DNA of 64,000 nucleotides, from contig NC_045696.1 in assembly GCF_009834535.1 (NCBI RefSeq), positions 18,850,001-18,914,000 of the forward strand, in the 5' to 3' direction. Below, in pieces: positions 52,583-64,000 of this stretch (the stretch's first letter is position 1; every line of letters starts with the position of its first letter). The notes beneath the pieces were generated by a model. That model searched no databases, was not told where the DNA came from, and saw only the letters and a program-made list of their open reading frames with translations. A program made the translations under genes and the position numbers. Origin of the DNA: Camelus ferus (lineage: Eukaryota).

Positions 52583-54874
52583 TGTTCTGGGCCTTTTGTC
52601 TCATTTTTTAATTTTGAACTTACATTTGGTTGACCTGAATTTGTAATTTGCTTCTGCTGAGTGTTTCTCACCAGAAATCACTTTAAGCTTAGTCCCTGGA
52701 CTGGGATTGTGTGGAATCCAGATAGTGTAAATCCAAACCCCCAAGTATGAATAAGGGTACAAATTCTCATGGGAGATATTTCTTAACCTTGAGATAAGAC
52801 CAGGAAAGATATTTTTCTTTGATTACCATATTTAAGGAGTGGATTTTTAAAAAATCTGTTCTTTTACTCTGTGTAGAAGGCTTTAAGCTCCCCTACCTCT
52901 CCTTCGTAATGTGTCTTGGTTTCACTTCCTTAATTTATGGGAACATGGTTTGTTTCTTAAATCCTAGGCTGCTAAAAACTCCAGTATTACCAAATTACTT
53001 TGGGTTTTCACCAGTTTTTTTTTTTGCTCATGCACGTGACTTTCCTCATCTTTAAGTTTTGTGAATTTATTTCTGTAAGCTTAGCCTAACTATATGTTTA
53101 AAAGGTTATTTATTGCATTTTGTACAGCATGTTAAATGATTCTAAGAGGAATGTGTTTTAGAATATATAAATTCTCATAATGCCAGATGAAGTCCTTTTA
53201 TTTTTTTTAGAGATTTCTCTTTGTTTCCCATTTAAATTTCTCCTTAAGTGAGTGTTCGTTTTTAAATAGTGAGTTTGAACTTATACTTGCATGGATCATA
53301 TATTGCTGAGCAAATACATTTTTCTAATGAAAGTAATTAACATTTGCATACATGTTAATTATGTATTATATGTGATATATAATAATAATGATATTAATTA
53401 TCTATACTATAAATGTAATATACATTATGTATGTATTTATATATCACTTATTTATATTTATCAATTATGTAATAGCTTAATATGTCTTTATATATGTAAA
53501 TACATATATGTGTGTTTACCTTAAAGCATCAGAGCTTAGAGTGATCCATTGATAAACACAATCATGATTTCACTAGTGCTAAATAAGAGTACTAAAATGC
53601 ATTAATTTGTTGTACAACCATGTTAAGACTAGTGCTGCATCTTTGTAAAACAGAAAATGAATTTGAAACAAAATTCTCAGTTTGATCCCATTTTACCATT
53701 TAGGTTTTAATGTAAACCTGTAATTGCAGATGGCAATAACTGTTTACACTGTTAAAATATTTTCATACAGGGTATCAATAAACTTTACATGTAACATTTT
53801 ATACGAGGAATGTTACATTTATATCTTTGTACCTGTTCAAAAGTTTCATTATTTAATGTAGTTTTAGTGATTTTTACAATATTATGATTTGTGAAATACT
53901 TTCCCTTTTATTTAGTTTTTATTGTGCTAATCATTCCAGAGGTAGGCAAATTGAAGAACTGTTACCCTAAACTTAGAGGAAGGAACTTAGACTCAGAAAT
54001 TAATGTGAATCATGATTAGTAAGTATGAGAATTAGAACTCAATCTGGATGTTCTTATTCCCTTCCAGTATTTTTTTAGTTCTGATTTTTATTTTTAATAA
54101 AATTGAAGTATACCTAAAGGACTCTATTTTTAGTAGATCCTTTCTGGTGTTTTTGCATTATATATTACAGTCAAACAGCCAGTAGTCAAGGTACTGTGAG
54201 CTATCTGAATAGAAAGTACTCCTTAATCTTTAACAATATCCTTATTCACAGAAGTGTGACTCTTTTCTGAGAGGGAATATTTCATCAAAACAATAATGCT
54301 CTCTATTTCAGTGTGCTTTGCTTGTGAAAGCTTTAGCTGCAGTTTATCTATTCTATAGACATGTAGTTCTTATAAAAATAAGTTATTTGCAACATAAATA
54401 AGGTTTCTGAGTGCTTGATATTTCCTTTGTCCCCTTTAAATGTGTCAGGTATTTCTATAACGAAGTGGAAAAGATTTATTGGAAATTTGGCTTCTGTTTT
54501 CTTTAAGATTTTCCTTTTTTCCCCCCCCCCCTTAAAAAGGAATTATAGATACCCGGTGACAGTGTGACTACTTCTGACAATGTTATAACAGCAAAACCTA
54601 CTAGGAGAAAACTTTGCAAAAAGAATATCTATCCCATTGTAGAGAGAAACCAATGGAATTGAGCCAAATTCTTAAGTTTAACCCCTCAAAGCTTATGGGC
54701 ATCAGCATTCACCCTAGCTATCTGTACAGTCCCTATTTAAAAAAGGAATCTGGCAAAAACGTGTGTACTATTGAGCACAGCCTGATCACTAAGATTGAAA
54801 AGTAACTCTAATATGCAAAGTTCATGCTTGTGATAATAGCAGGGTTTTTTTCCCTCATTTGTTTTCCTCTTCGT

Positions 54875-55700
54875 ATTCCTGCCAGGCTGCTCCGACTAGG
54901 TCATCTGGTGTCATGCTGAGTAGAAGTGGAGAGGCAGGGCCTCCATCCATTCCTTTTTTCTAAACCTCAAGTGAAAACTTTCCATTTTTTATCAACTAAG
55001 TTGTCTTCTTCAATTTTTTGTAGACCTTCTTTACTCCAGAAATTAAAACATGAACCTCTGACTTACTGAAGTTTGTTTTCTTACCTTGCTTTCAAAACTA
55101 TAACAATTTAGAAGCCTTTGACTTTTGACTTCATTGATATCCTTCCAATTTATATACCAATTACGTCAAGTACTTTAAGTCTGTACATTAAGTCCCATAA
55201 AATCTTTGTTTTATGCAAGGGACATTCACTTAGATTCCCTTACATATGCATTTTTAAACCGATTTATTTATTTAATCTTCATAATTTGTTCCACTTAAGT
55301 ATCTTAGTTTCCATCTTGAAATTTATTATATATTTTTGGTGGTACCATAATTTGCTTTAGTTCATCTAAAAATATCTTTATTTGCTCACGTTCTTGAAAG
55401 AAATTTTTCACAGCTAGATGGAGTTATTTTCATTCAATACATGAACTAACTAACATGGGTCCATTGACTTCTTTCACTGATTCTGTTGCGAACTCAGTCA
55501 TTGGAATAGTTATCCTTCACTGAAACTAACCTGTCTTTCCCCCTACTCCACTTTTGGCTGTTTTTGGGTTTTTTTTGTTTTTTTTTAGATAATCTCTTTG
55601 TCTTTGATTTTCTGCAGTTTTATTATTAAATTTCTAGATGTCCTTTATTTTTCTTCATGCAATTTGGGCTTTAGTGATCTTCTTGAATTGGTTGGTTACC
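54875..55700 (-). mobile_element. Degenerate old L1M fragments
   Basis: atgctgagtagaagtggagaggcaggg (ORF2-like); ctctttgtctttgattttctgcagttt (ORF1-like). Confidence 0.45.
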
Positions 55701-56644
55701 CCATTGCTTAGTAGGAAAAAGTAAAATCCCCTCTAAAACAAATATGGAAATAAAAAAAGAATGTATAAAAATTTCAATAGAATAGTTATGTTTTATTTTT
55801 AAATGTCTAATATAAATTATTGCCCAGGTATGACTTTGAATTTAATGTCTATGAAAATTATAATTAAGAACTTGAAATGTAGGATCTAATTTTTTAATTT
55901 ATATAATTTGAATCCTTGATGTAAGTTATATAATATAAATTATTCTTTTATAGGCATGAGTCTTTTTTTGGTCTTATTTGCATAAAATTGGTATTGGATA
56001 TGGGATACAGGAAAAAAAAATCTTGTGATGAGAATGTCCCAGTGAAACAGTAGCCTTGGAGCCAGGAGTTGTAGTTTTCTCACTTTTTAATGACATGAAA
56101 TTGGGCAACCCAGTATCTCAGTTCTCCCTCTCTCCCTCTCATTCTCCTTCCTTCTCTCCTCTCTTCTCTCTTTTTGTCCCTCCCTCCTCTCTCTCTCAAC
56201 TAAACATCCTACTGGGTTGCAGGAATTCTTCCAGCTATACCTGACAGTAACTGAGTGACAAGGATCATTTACATAGTAATATCTACTCTGTTTTGCTTTC
56301 TTCCCCTCTTTCCTTTATTAATGGCATAAATCAGAACTACTTTCATCATGAAAAGTTCTCAGTGTCAAGATAATGTATCTCTATAAAGAAGCAATTTATC
56401 TGTGGTTTAAATCAAATAATAAGGTGATGGACAGAAGAATGGGGACTCTCAAGATACCCGTTTCTTTTTTCTTCCACTTTTATTGAGATGTAGTTGACAT
56501 ACAACATTGGATAAATTTAAAGTATACAGCATAATGACTTACACACATCATCAAACGATTGCCACATGTTTAGTGAGCATCCATCATCTCACATAGATAT
56601 CAAATTAAAGAAATAGGAAAAATATTTTTGTGATAAGAACTCTC

Positions 56645-57326
56645 AGTATGGAGATTCCTAAAAAGAATAGGAATAGACTTACTATATGACCCAGGAATCC
56701 CACTCATGGGCATATATACAGAAGGAATCCTACTTCAAAATGACACCTGCACCCCAATGTTCATAGCAGCACTATTCACAATAGCCAAGAGATGGAAACA
56801 GCCTAAATGTCCATCAACAGATGACTGGATAAAGAAGAGGTGGTATATTTATACAATGGAATACTACTCAGCCATAAAAACCAACAACATAACGCCATTT
56901 GCAGCAACATGGATGCTTCTGGAGAATGTCATTCTAAGTAAAGTAAGCCAGAAAGAGAAAGAAAAATACCATATGAGGTTGCTCATATGTGGAATCTAAA
57001 AAACAAACAAACAAACAAACAAAAAAACAAAGCATAAATACAAAACAGAAATAGACTCATAGACATAGAATACAAACTTGTGGTTGCCAAGGGGGCAGGG
57101 GGTGGAAAGAGATAGACTGGGATTTCAAAATTGTAGAATAGATAAACAAGATTATACTGTATAGCACAGGGAAATATATACAAGATCTTATGGTAGCTCA
57201 CAGAGAAAAAAATGTGACAATGAATACATATATGTTCATGTATAACTGAAAAATTGTGCTCTACGTTGGAATTTGACACAACATTGTAAAATAATTATAA
57301 ATCAATAAAAAATGTTAAAAATAAAA
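56645..57326 (+). mobile_element. Young 5'-truncated L1 (ORF2 end, 3'UTR, AATAAA, short A tail)
   Basis: ORF 56706-56999 [37 protein letters not shown] 57304-57309; same subfamily as 17428-17784. Confidence 0.92.
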
Positions 57327-58199
57327 GAGACCTGATCTCAAAGTACAGCCTTTATACTTACAGTTTCTCTTAATAATTTTAATGGATGCTTACTGTGTTA
57401 TTCAATGATGGTTAAAATTTATGAATTGACAAAATACTATGCAATTGTCAATTAATTTTAACAACATTTTTATTAATTACACATTTATTGATATTCTAGT
57501 AGAAAAGACAAGCAAATATAAAAACAGAAGACAGACAAATACAAAATGGTCAACAATGACCATATTATTAGAATAGAGATACATGAAATAGAAGTGGGCA
57601 AAATTAGATGAGTTTATATTACTAGTGGGTAATCTGTGATTTAATAGTAATAGACCTAACATATTTTAAAATGGCTTGGCCTTTTACTCATGATTCTTAC
57701 ATATTTCAGATGTCAGCAATCAGGAACTGGTGAGTACTGGGGCAGCCACCCCAAGGAATTTGATTGACAAAGATGTGCTTCCAAAAAGAGTGATATTGAT
57801 TTAATTATAAACAGCTGCCAAATTTTTTAATATCATGCAAGTCTTGGTAACTTTACTTCTGCAAACTGCTGGTGTAGTGTATTTATAGCATGCCAAAAAT
57901 TGCCTTACATTTATCAGAAAATCTTTTTGAATTCCAGGAGTGACATCTGGGAAAAATACAAGAGAAAACACTTAAATATGTTTCTTACATGATTTTGTTT
58001 GTAAATGTCTTTCATCAGGATGAAGAATGATTCCTCTAAACCATAAAATCGGTATTGTTTTAATCTGAGTTTGTGGTCGTGCTCATTTTGTATGATCTTT
58101 GTCTTTAAATCATTCCATTTATTAGCAGATAAAATGCTATCGTTGTATAATTTTAAAAAAGGAAGAATAAATCTTTTAGTCCGTGGGGGGTGGGGGGAG
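57327..58199 (+). other. L1 3'-transduced unique sequence
   Basis: Non-repeat DNA between the L1 tail and the second TSD copy (AAGAACTCTC at 56635-56644 and 58200-58209); own AATAAA at 58166-58171. Confidence 0.8.
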
Positions 58200-59582
58200 A
58201 AGAACTCTCCGGATTTACTCTCTTAATAACTTCCCGTTATTATATATAGCAGTGCTAATTATAGTTATCATATTGTACATTACATCCCTAGTGCTTATTT
58301 ATCTTATAACTGGAAGTTTGTACCTTTTGACTGTCTTCATCTAATACGCTGTCCTCCACCTGTGGTAACCACAAATCTGATCTCTTTTTCTATGAGTTTG
58401 CTTGCTTCTTTTTGAAGGTAATTAACTTACAACACTATGTTACACAACATATCGATTCGGTATTTCTATACATTTCAAAATTATCACTACAATAAAGTCA
58501 GTCATGATATGTCTCATAGGAAGATATACATAGTTACTGACTATCTTGCCACACCGTATATTTCATGTCTGTAACTCATTTATTTTGCAACTGGAAGTTT
58601 GTATCTCTTAATACCCTTTTTATGTCCTGTTTTTTAATTACTTTGTAATATACATAAAATATTATATTAGTTTCAGATGTAGAACAGAGTGATTTAATAT
58701 ATTTATATATTACAAAGTGATCACCACAATAAGTCTAGTTACCATATGTCTATACAGATTTATTACAACATTATTGACTGTATTCTCTGTGCTATATACA
58801 TTGCATCCTCATGATTTCTTTATTTTATAGCTGAAGTTTTATACCTCTTAAGTCCCTCTCCTTATTTCACCCATCTCCCCATCACTCTCCCCTCTGACAA
58901 TCAACAATTTGTTCTCTATATCTATGAGTCTGTTTCTGTTTTGTTTTGTTTGTTCACTTGTTTTGTTGTTTAGATTCCATGTATAAATTGTCATATGCTA
59001 TTTGCTTTTGTCTAACTTATTTCACTTAAAATAATACCCTCAAGGTCCAACCATGTTGTTGCAACTTGCAGGACTTCATTCTTTTTTATGGCTATCCAAT
59101 ATCCAATTGTATATATACACCACTTTTTAAAATCTATTCATCTATCAGTGGACACTTAAGTTGCTCCCATATCATGGTTGTTGTAAATAATACTGCAGTG
59201 AACGTAGGCATACATATATATTTTCAAATGTGTTTTTTTTTCCAGAAAAATACCAAGAAGTGAAATTGATGGATATTATTGTAGTTCTATTTTTAGTTTT
59301 TTGAGAAATCTCCGTAGCGTTCCCCATATTGGCTGCCCCAATTTAGATTCTCACTAACATTGCACTAGGATTTCCTTATCCCCATATCCTCACCAATACT
59401 TGTTGTTTCTTGTCTTTTTGATAACAGTCATTCTGACAGATGTGAGTTGGTACTGCATTGTGGTTTTGATTTTCATTTCCCTGATGATTAATGACGTTGA
59501 GAATTTTTTTTCATGTGCCTATTGGCCATCTGTGTGTCGCCTTTGAAAAAAATTCCTCTTCAGTTCCTTTGCTCATTTAAAA

Positions 59583-61008
59583 TTTTTTTAAAGTACACTC
59601 AGTTACAATGTGTCAATTTCTGGTGTACAGCACAATGTCCCAGTCATGCATGTGTATACATATATTCATTTTCATATTCTCTTTCATTAAAGGTTATTAC
59701 AAGATATTGAATATAGTTCCCTGTACTATACAGAAGAAATCTGATTTTTTAAAATCTATTTTTATATGTAGTGGCTAACTTTTGCAAATCTCAAACTCCC
59801 AGACTTATCCCTTCCCACACCCTTTCCCCCAGTAACCATAAGATTGCTTACTATGTGAGTTTGTTTCTTTTGTAGATGAGTTTCTTAGTGTCCTCTTTTT
59901 TCTTTTTCTTTCTTTCTTTCTTTCTTTTTAGATTCCACATATGAGTGATATCATATGTTATTTTTCTTTCTCCTTCTGGCTTACTTCACTTAGAATTGAC
60001 AATCTCCAAGTCCATCCATGTTGCTGCAAATGGCATTACTTTATTCTTTTTTCTGGCTGAGTAATAGTCCACTGTATAAATATACCACAACTTCTTTATC
60101 CAGTCACCTGTCGATAGACATTTAGGTTGCTTCCATGTCTTGGCTATTGTAAATAGTGCTGCTGTGAACATTGAGGTGCATGTATCTTTGATTTAGAGTT
60201 CCCTCCAGATATATGTCTAGGAGTGGGATTGCTGAACCATATGGTAAGTCTATTTTTAGTTTTTTGAGGAATCTCCATACTGTTTTCCATAATGGCTGCA
60301 CCAAACTACATCACCAACAGCAGTGTAGGAGTGTTCCCTTTTCTCCACACCCTCTCCAGAATTTATTGTTTATGGACTTCTGGATGATGGCTGTTCTGAC
60401 TGGTGAGAGGTGACACCTCATTGTAGTTTTGGTTTGCATTTCTCTGATAATTAGCACTTTTTGAGCCTTTTTTCATATGGCCATTGACCATTTGTATGTC
60501 TTCATTGGAGAATTGCTGATATCTTCTGACCATTTTTGATTGGGTTGTTTGTTTTTTTGTTACTAATTTGTCTGAGCTGTTTATATATTCTACAAATTAA
60601 ACCTCTGTCAGTCTCATCATTTGCAAATATTTTCTCCCATTCCGTAGGTTGTCGTTTTGTTTTGCTTTATGGTTTCCTTTGCTGTGCAAAAGCTTATAAG
60701 TTTAATAGGTCCCACTGTTAATTTTTGCTTTTATTTCTATTGCCTGGGTAGACTGCCCTAGGAGAACATTGATAAGATTTATGTCAGAGAATATTTTGCC
60801 TATGTTTTCTTCTAGGAGGTTTATTGTGTCTTGTCTTATGTTTAAGTCTTTAAGCCATTCTGAGTTTATTTTTGTGTGTGGAGTGAGGGAGTGTTCTAAC
60901 TTCACTGATTTACATGCTGCTATCCAGTTTCCCCAACACCAGTTGCTAAAGAGACTACTTTTCTCCATTCTATATTATTGTCTCCTTTGTCGAAGATTAA
61001 TTGTCCAT
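59583..61008 (-). mobile_element. Younger 5'-truncated L1 (same subfamily as 30467-31555)
   Basis: 3'UTR gtacagcacaatgtcccagtcatgca shared with ~30500-30535; ORF 60702-60968(-) SLFSNWCWGNW...WLKDLNIRQDTINLLEENIG; ends at YGQLIFDKG-encoding sequence. Confidence 0.9.
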
Positions 61009-63230
61009 AATTTTGAAGTGAATTTCTTGTAGGTAGCATATAGAGGGTTTTTTTTTTTTAATTCAGTCAGCTACCCTATGTCTATTGATTGGAGGGTTTA
61101 GTCCATTTATATTTAAATAAATCATTGATAGATATTAATTTATCACCATTTTGTTAATTGTTCTATGGCAGTTTTTTAGTTCCTCTGTTATTTCTTTCTA
61201 TCTCCCTTTGTGGTTTCAATGCTTTTTAGTGTTGTGTTAAGATGCCATTCTTATTTCATCTTGTGTATTTAGTATAAGTTTTATCTTTGTGGTTGCTGTG
61301 ATGATCACATACAATATCCTATGTATTTAACAGTCTCTCTTAAGTTGACAGTGACTTGATTTGAACACATTCCACAGCTTTATAATTTCCTCCTTCCCTC
61401 ATGTTTTATAATTTTTGACTATATATTTTACATCTTACTTTATATACACCATATCATAGTATTTTATTTTTAATTAATTTTGCTAGTTTTGTTTTTTATC
61501 CTTTGCACTTGCTTTATAAGTGATTTGTGCACTACTTTTATTATTTATTTTCCATTCTGGTGAGATTTTTACTTTTGTAGGAGGCTTATTTAGTGGTGTT
61601 GAAGTTCCTTAGCTTTTGCCTATCTGTGAAACTCGAAATCTCTCCATTTTTATTCCTGAATGATAATCTTGCTGGATAGAATTTTGGGTTGGCAGTTTTT
61701 TGTTTTTTGTTTTTTGTTTTTTGTTTTTCTTTCAGCACTTTGAATATGACATGCCACACCCTTCTGGCCTGTAAAGTTTCTGCTAAAAAAATCTGCCAAT
61801 AGCCTTGTGGGATTTCTCTTGTGCATAAGTTGCTTTTCTCTTGCTGTGTTTTAGATATTCTCTTTATCCTTAACTTGTAAAATTCTAATTATAATGCATC
61901 TCAGGATGTTTCTCTTGGGATTCACCTTATCTCTCTGAGATTCTTGGACCTGGATGTCTATATCCTTCCCTAGAGTCAGCAAGTGTTCAGCCATTATTTC
62001 TTCAAAAAACATTTTTTTTTACTCCTTTTCTCTATTCTCCTCCTGGAACTCCCTATAATGCAAATTTTATTCTGCTTGATGATGTCCTTGTCTTCCAGCT
62101 TGCTGATTTGTGCCTCTATAGCATCCTTTCTACCTGTTTACCCCTCTAGACTATTTTTCAGTTCAGTTATAACTTCTGTTTGATACTTTCTTATATTTTC
62201 TATCTCTTGATGTTCTTGTGGTGTGGACTGTGAATACCCCCCTAGCCCCAGCTTTAGTTCATAGCTTGAAAATGTAGAGGATCCCCCTGCTTGCCCTCCA
62301 ATTCAGGAAGGAGAAAAATAACTTGACTGTGCATGCCTACAGACTCAGCAGTGTAGCATGAGAGTGCCTTGTCTGGCACAGGATTGGCGTTAGGGTAAGA
62401 GTTGGAGAAAAACAGGACTGCTTATGCTCAGCAACCCCAACCAGGGGGTGGGGGTTGCTGTAGTGACCCACACTTGCAGATTTTCACTAGAGAACAAGAG
62501 AAAGTTGAGCCCACTCACACCTGCCTTCTCCAGCATGAGCCTGGGGGCATGCTGCAACACTGGACCTCTGTGTCTTCAGCAGTGTGGGAGGGGCTTGCTG
62601 CTATCACTCATCTACCTGTGCTGGCAGGTTAGGCAGGGAACACAACAAAAGTGTCTGCTATTGCCTCCTCTGGGAGCATTTCCATCTTTCCCTGTCCCTC
62701 CTGCTGATTCTTTTAGATTTGCGAATGACACTCCTTCACATATAGTTTCAGCACTTCTCAAACCTTTATTTCACTGGGTCTCAGGGTGAGTGTTACCACG
62801 TTTGAGCCTTTTAGAAGGGGCTTAAAGTTTATATGTGTTTTCTATAGCACTTTGGGACCCTTGGGCCTCAGCCCTATTGGTTTTCTAAAGCCAGGCATTT
62901 TTGGGGCTTGTCTCTGCAGTATAGATCCCAGGAACTGGGGTACCTGCTGTAGGGCCCAGCCCTTTGGTCCTCTGGGAAGAGCACATCTGGTGAGATCCCG
63001 CCCAGTTGTGTGCTGTCTTACTGCAGGAGGGATGTTTAGTGAGAATATTTCTCTGCCTCTTCTACCCATGTTGATGTAGTGTTTTTTTATTATGTGTTGT
63101 AGAGCAAATGTCCAGCTAGTTCTCAGGTTCTTTTCACATGGAATTGATTCACATGTAGGTGTGTATTTATTGTGTCCATGGCAGGAGATAACTTCAGGCT
63201 CTTCATATGCCACCATCTTACCACTCTCTC
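61009..63230 (-). mobile_element. L1 5' part: EN N-terminus, ORF1 remnant and 5'UTR
   Basis: Minus strand encodes degenerate LNINGLNPPINRHRVA..SICYLQEIHF (~61015-61130) and AETLQARRVWHVIFKVLK (~61730-61790); 5' end gagagtggtaagatggtggc (YY1-like). Confidence 0.85.
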
Positions 63231-63479
63231 ATTATATTATAAGTTTTTTCTGTGGAATCTTTTTCATTTTAGATTGGTTCTGAGTAGTAAACAAATAAAT
63301 ACTATGAATTTTCCATGTGCAAATGTTTTTCAAACTCACAAGGAACATAAACCAGTAAGAGGAATTACAATACAAGCCAGTGTATATTGTAATAAAAGTA
63401 CTGATAAGGGAATGTAAAGCTCCACCAGAGTTGATCATCTTGGTACAGGAAAATCACACAAGATTCCGTGTACAATGCT

Positions 63480-63832
63480 GAAAAGATGGGATGTTATTTC
63501 CACAGAAAGATAAAGCTAATTAAAATTCCAGGAAAAATAACAGAAGCAAGAAATGGCTGAATCATGCCACAGTTTACATGATGTGCAAGAAATGGCATGT
63601 CATATAAAAGTGTATCTAGGGCAAAATGTAGGAATGGAGAGACCAAATGGCGGGCATAAAGGCATTTGGTTTTGAAGGTCAGAAGACCACAGAGAAATTA
63701 TTGAAGGTCTGTGAATAAGTGAGTAAACCAGTCATATACTTAGTCTAAAAAGTTTTATCTGGTAGAGAGCTGAAAAGAGAGAGAGCCCGGAGGCAGAGAG
63801 ATCAGTTAAGAGGTCTGTTTAATAGCTCAGGG
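63480..63832 (-). mobile_element. L2 fragment
   Basis: ggaggcagagagatcagttaagaggtctgtttaatagctcagg and preceding antisense-L2 motifs. Confidence 0.6.
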
Positions 63833-64000
63833 TATAACAAGGCAGAACTCAAGAAGGAAGTGGGGCCTTCCCAGGACCGATCTCCCCCATATCCTCTGCT
63901 GTAGCTCCTCTCTGAAGTACCCAGATAATGGTATCTCATGCATATTTCTTGAGTTTTTCAGATGTTAAATACCACCACCAAATGGAAGAGATTAACTGCT
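63833..64000 (+). mobile_element. ERV1 LTR (same family as 16161-16631), running off the window
   Basis: ccatatcctctgctgtagctcctctctgaagtacccagataat is identical to the reverse complement of ~16538-16580. Confidence 0.88.

Larger units (their letters stand above)
56465..59582 (-). mobile_element. Older L1 3' region, split by the transduction insertion
   Basis: 3'UTR ...gtgataagaactctc (to 56644) resumes as aagaactctccggatttactctctta at 58200 and continues into ORF2 C-terminal sequence to ~59580. Confidence 0.85.

Noticed and set aside
53330..53515. AT-rich TA-like block giving a 77-aa ORF
   Set aside because: Low-complexity decayed microsatellite.
53789..53818. 10-bp stem with a 10-nt loop
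   Set aside because: AT-rich and isolated, with no supporting context.
62402..63216. Several 76-124 aa ORFs in the L1 5'UTR, tempting as ORF0 analogues
   Set aside because: GC-richer decayed UTR yields chance ORFs; ORF0 is described in primate L1 and I see no similarity.
1..64000. CRISPR arrays, operons or other prokaryotic systems
   Set aside because: The sequence is mammalian repeat-rich DNA with no regularly spaced repeat-spacer array or dense coding.

Overview
AT-rich, CpG-depleted mammalian non-coding DNA (large intron or gene desert). It is most likely from a camelid, judging by a Vic-1-like tRNA-derived SINE and the young L1 3'UTRs. I recognise no host protein-coding gene, RNA gene or CRISPR array; the longer ORFs in the track are L1 ORF2 fragments, antisense-L1 frames, microsatellite frames or chance. 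The window is a layered record of transposition: MIR/L2, old L1M, MaLR (including one near-complete provirus), ERV1-type solo LTRs, Tigger and hAT MITEs, and lineage-specific L1s. The best-supported unusual structure is an L1 3' transduction. A 5'-truncated young L1 (56645-57326) plus ~860 bp of unique DNA with its own AATAAA sit between a perfect 10-bp TSD (AAGAACTCTC) that splits an older L1. The cargo carries an exon-like 20-nt cassette and ends in a G-tract where poly(A) is expected. Also seen: a twin-priming inverted L1, an L1 with its 5'UTR fused to ORF2, a TSD-only TPRT scar, a divergent LTR pair and an ancient ~160-bp palindrome. Repeat family names come from recalled consensus motifs, not a database search, and boundaries of old elements are approximate.
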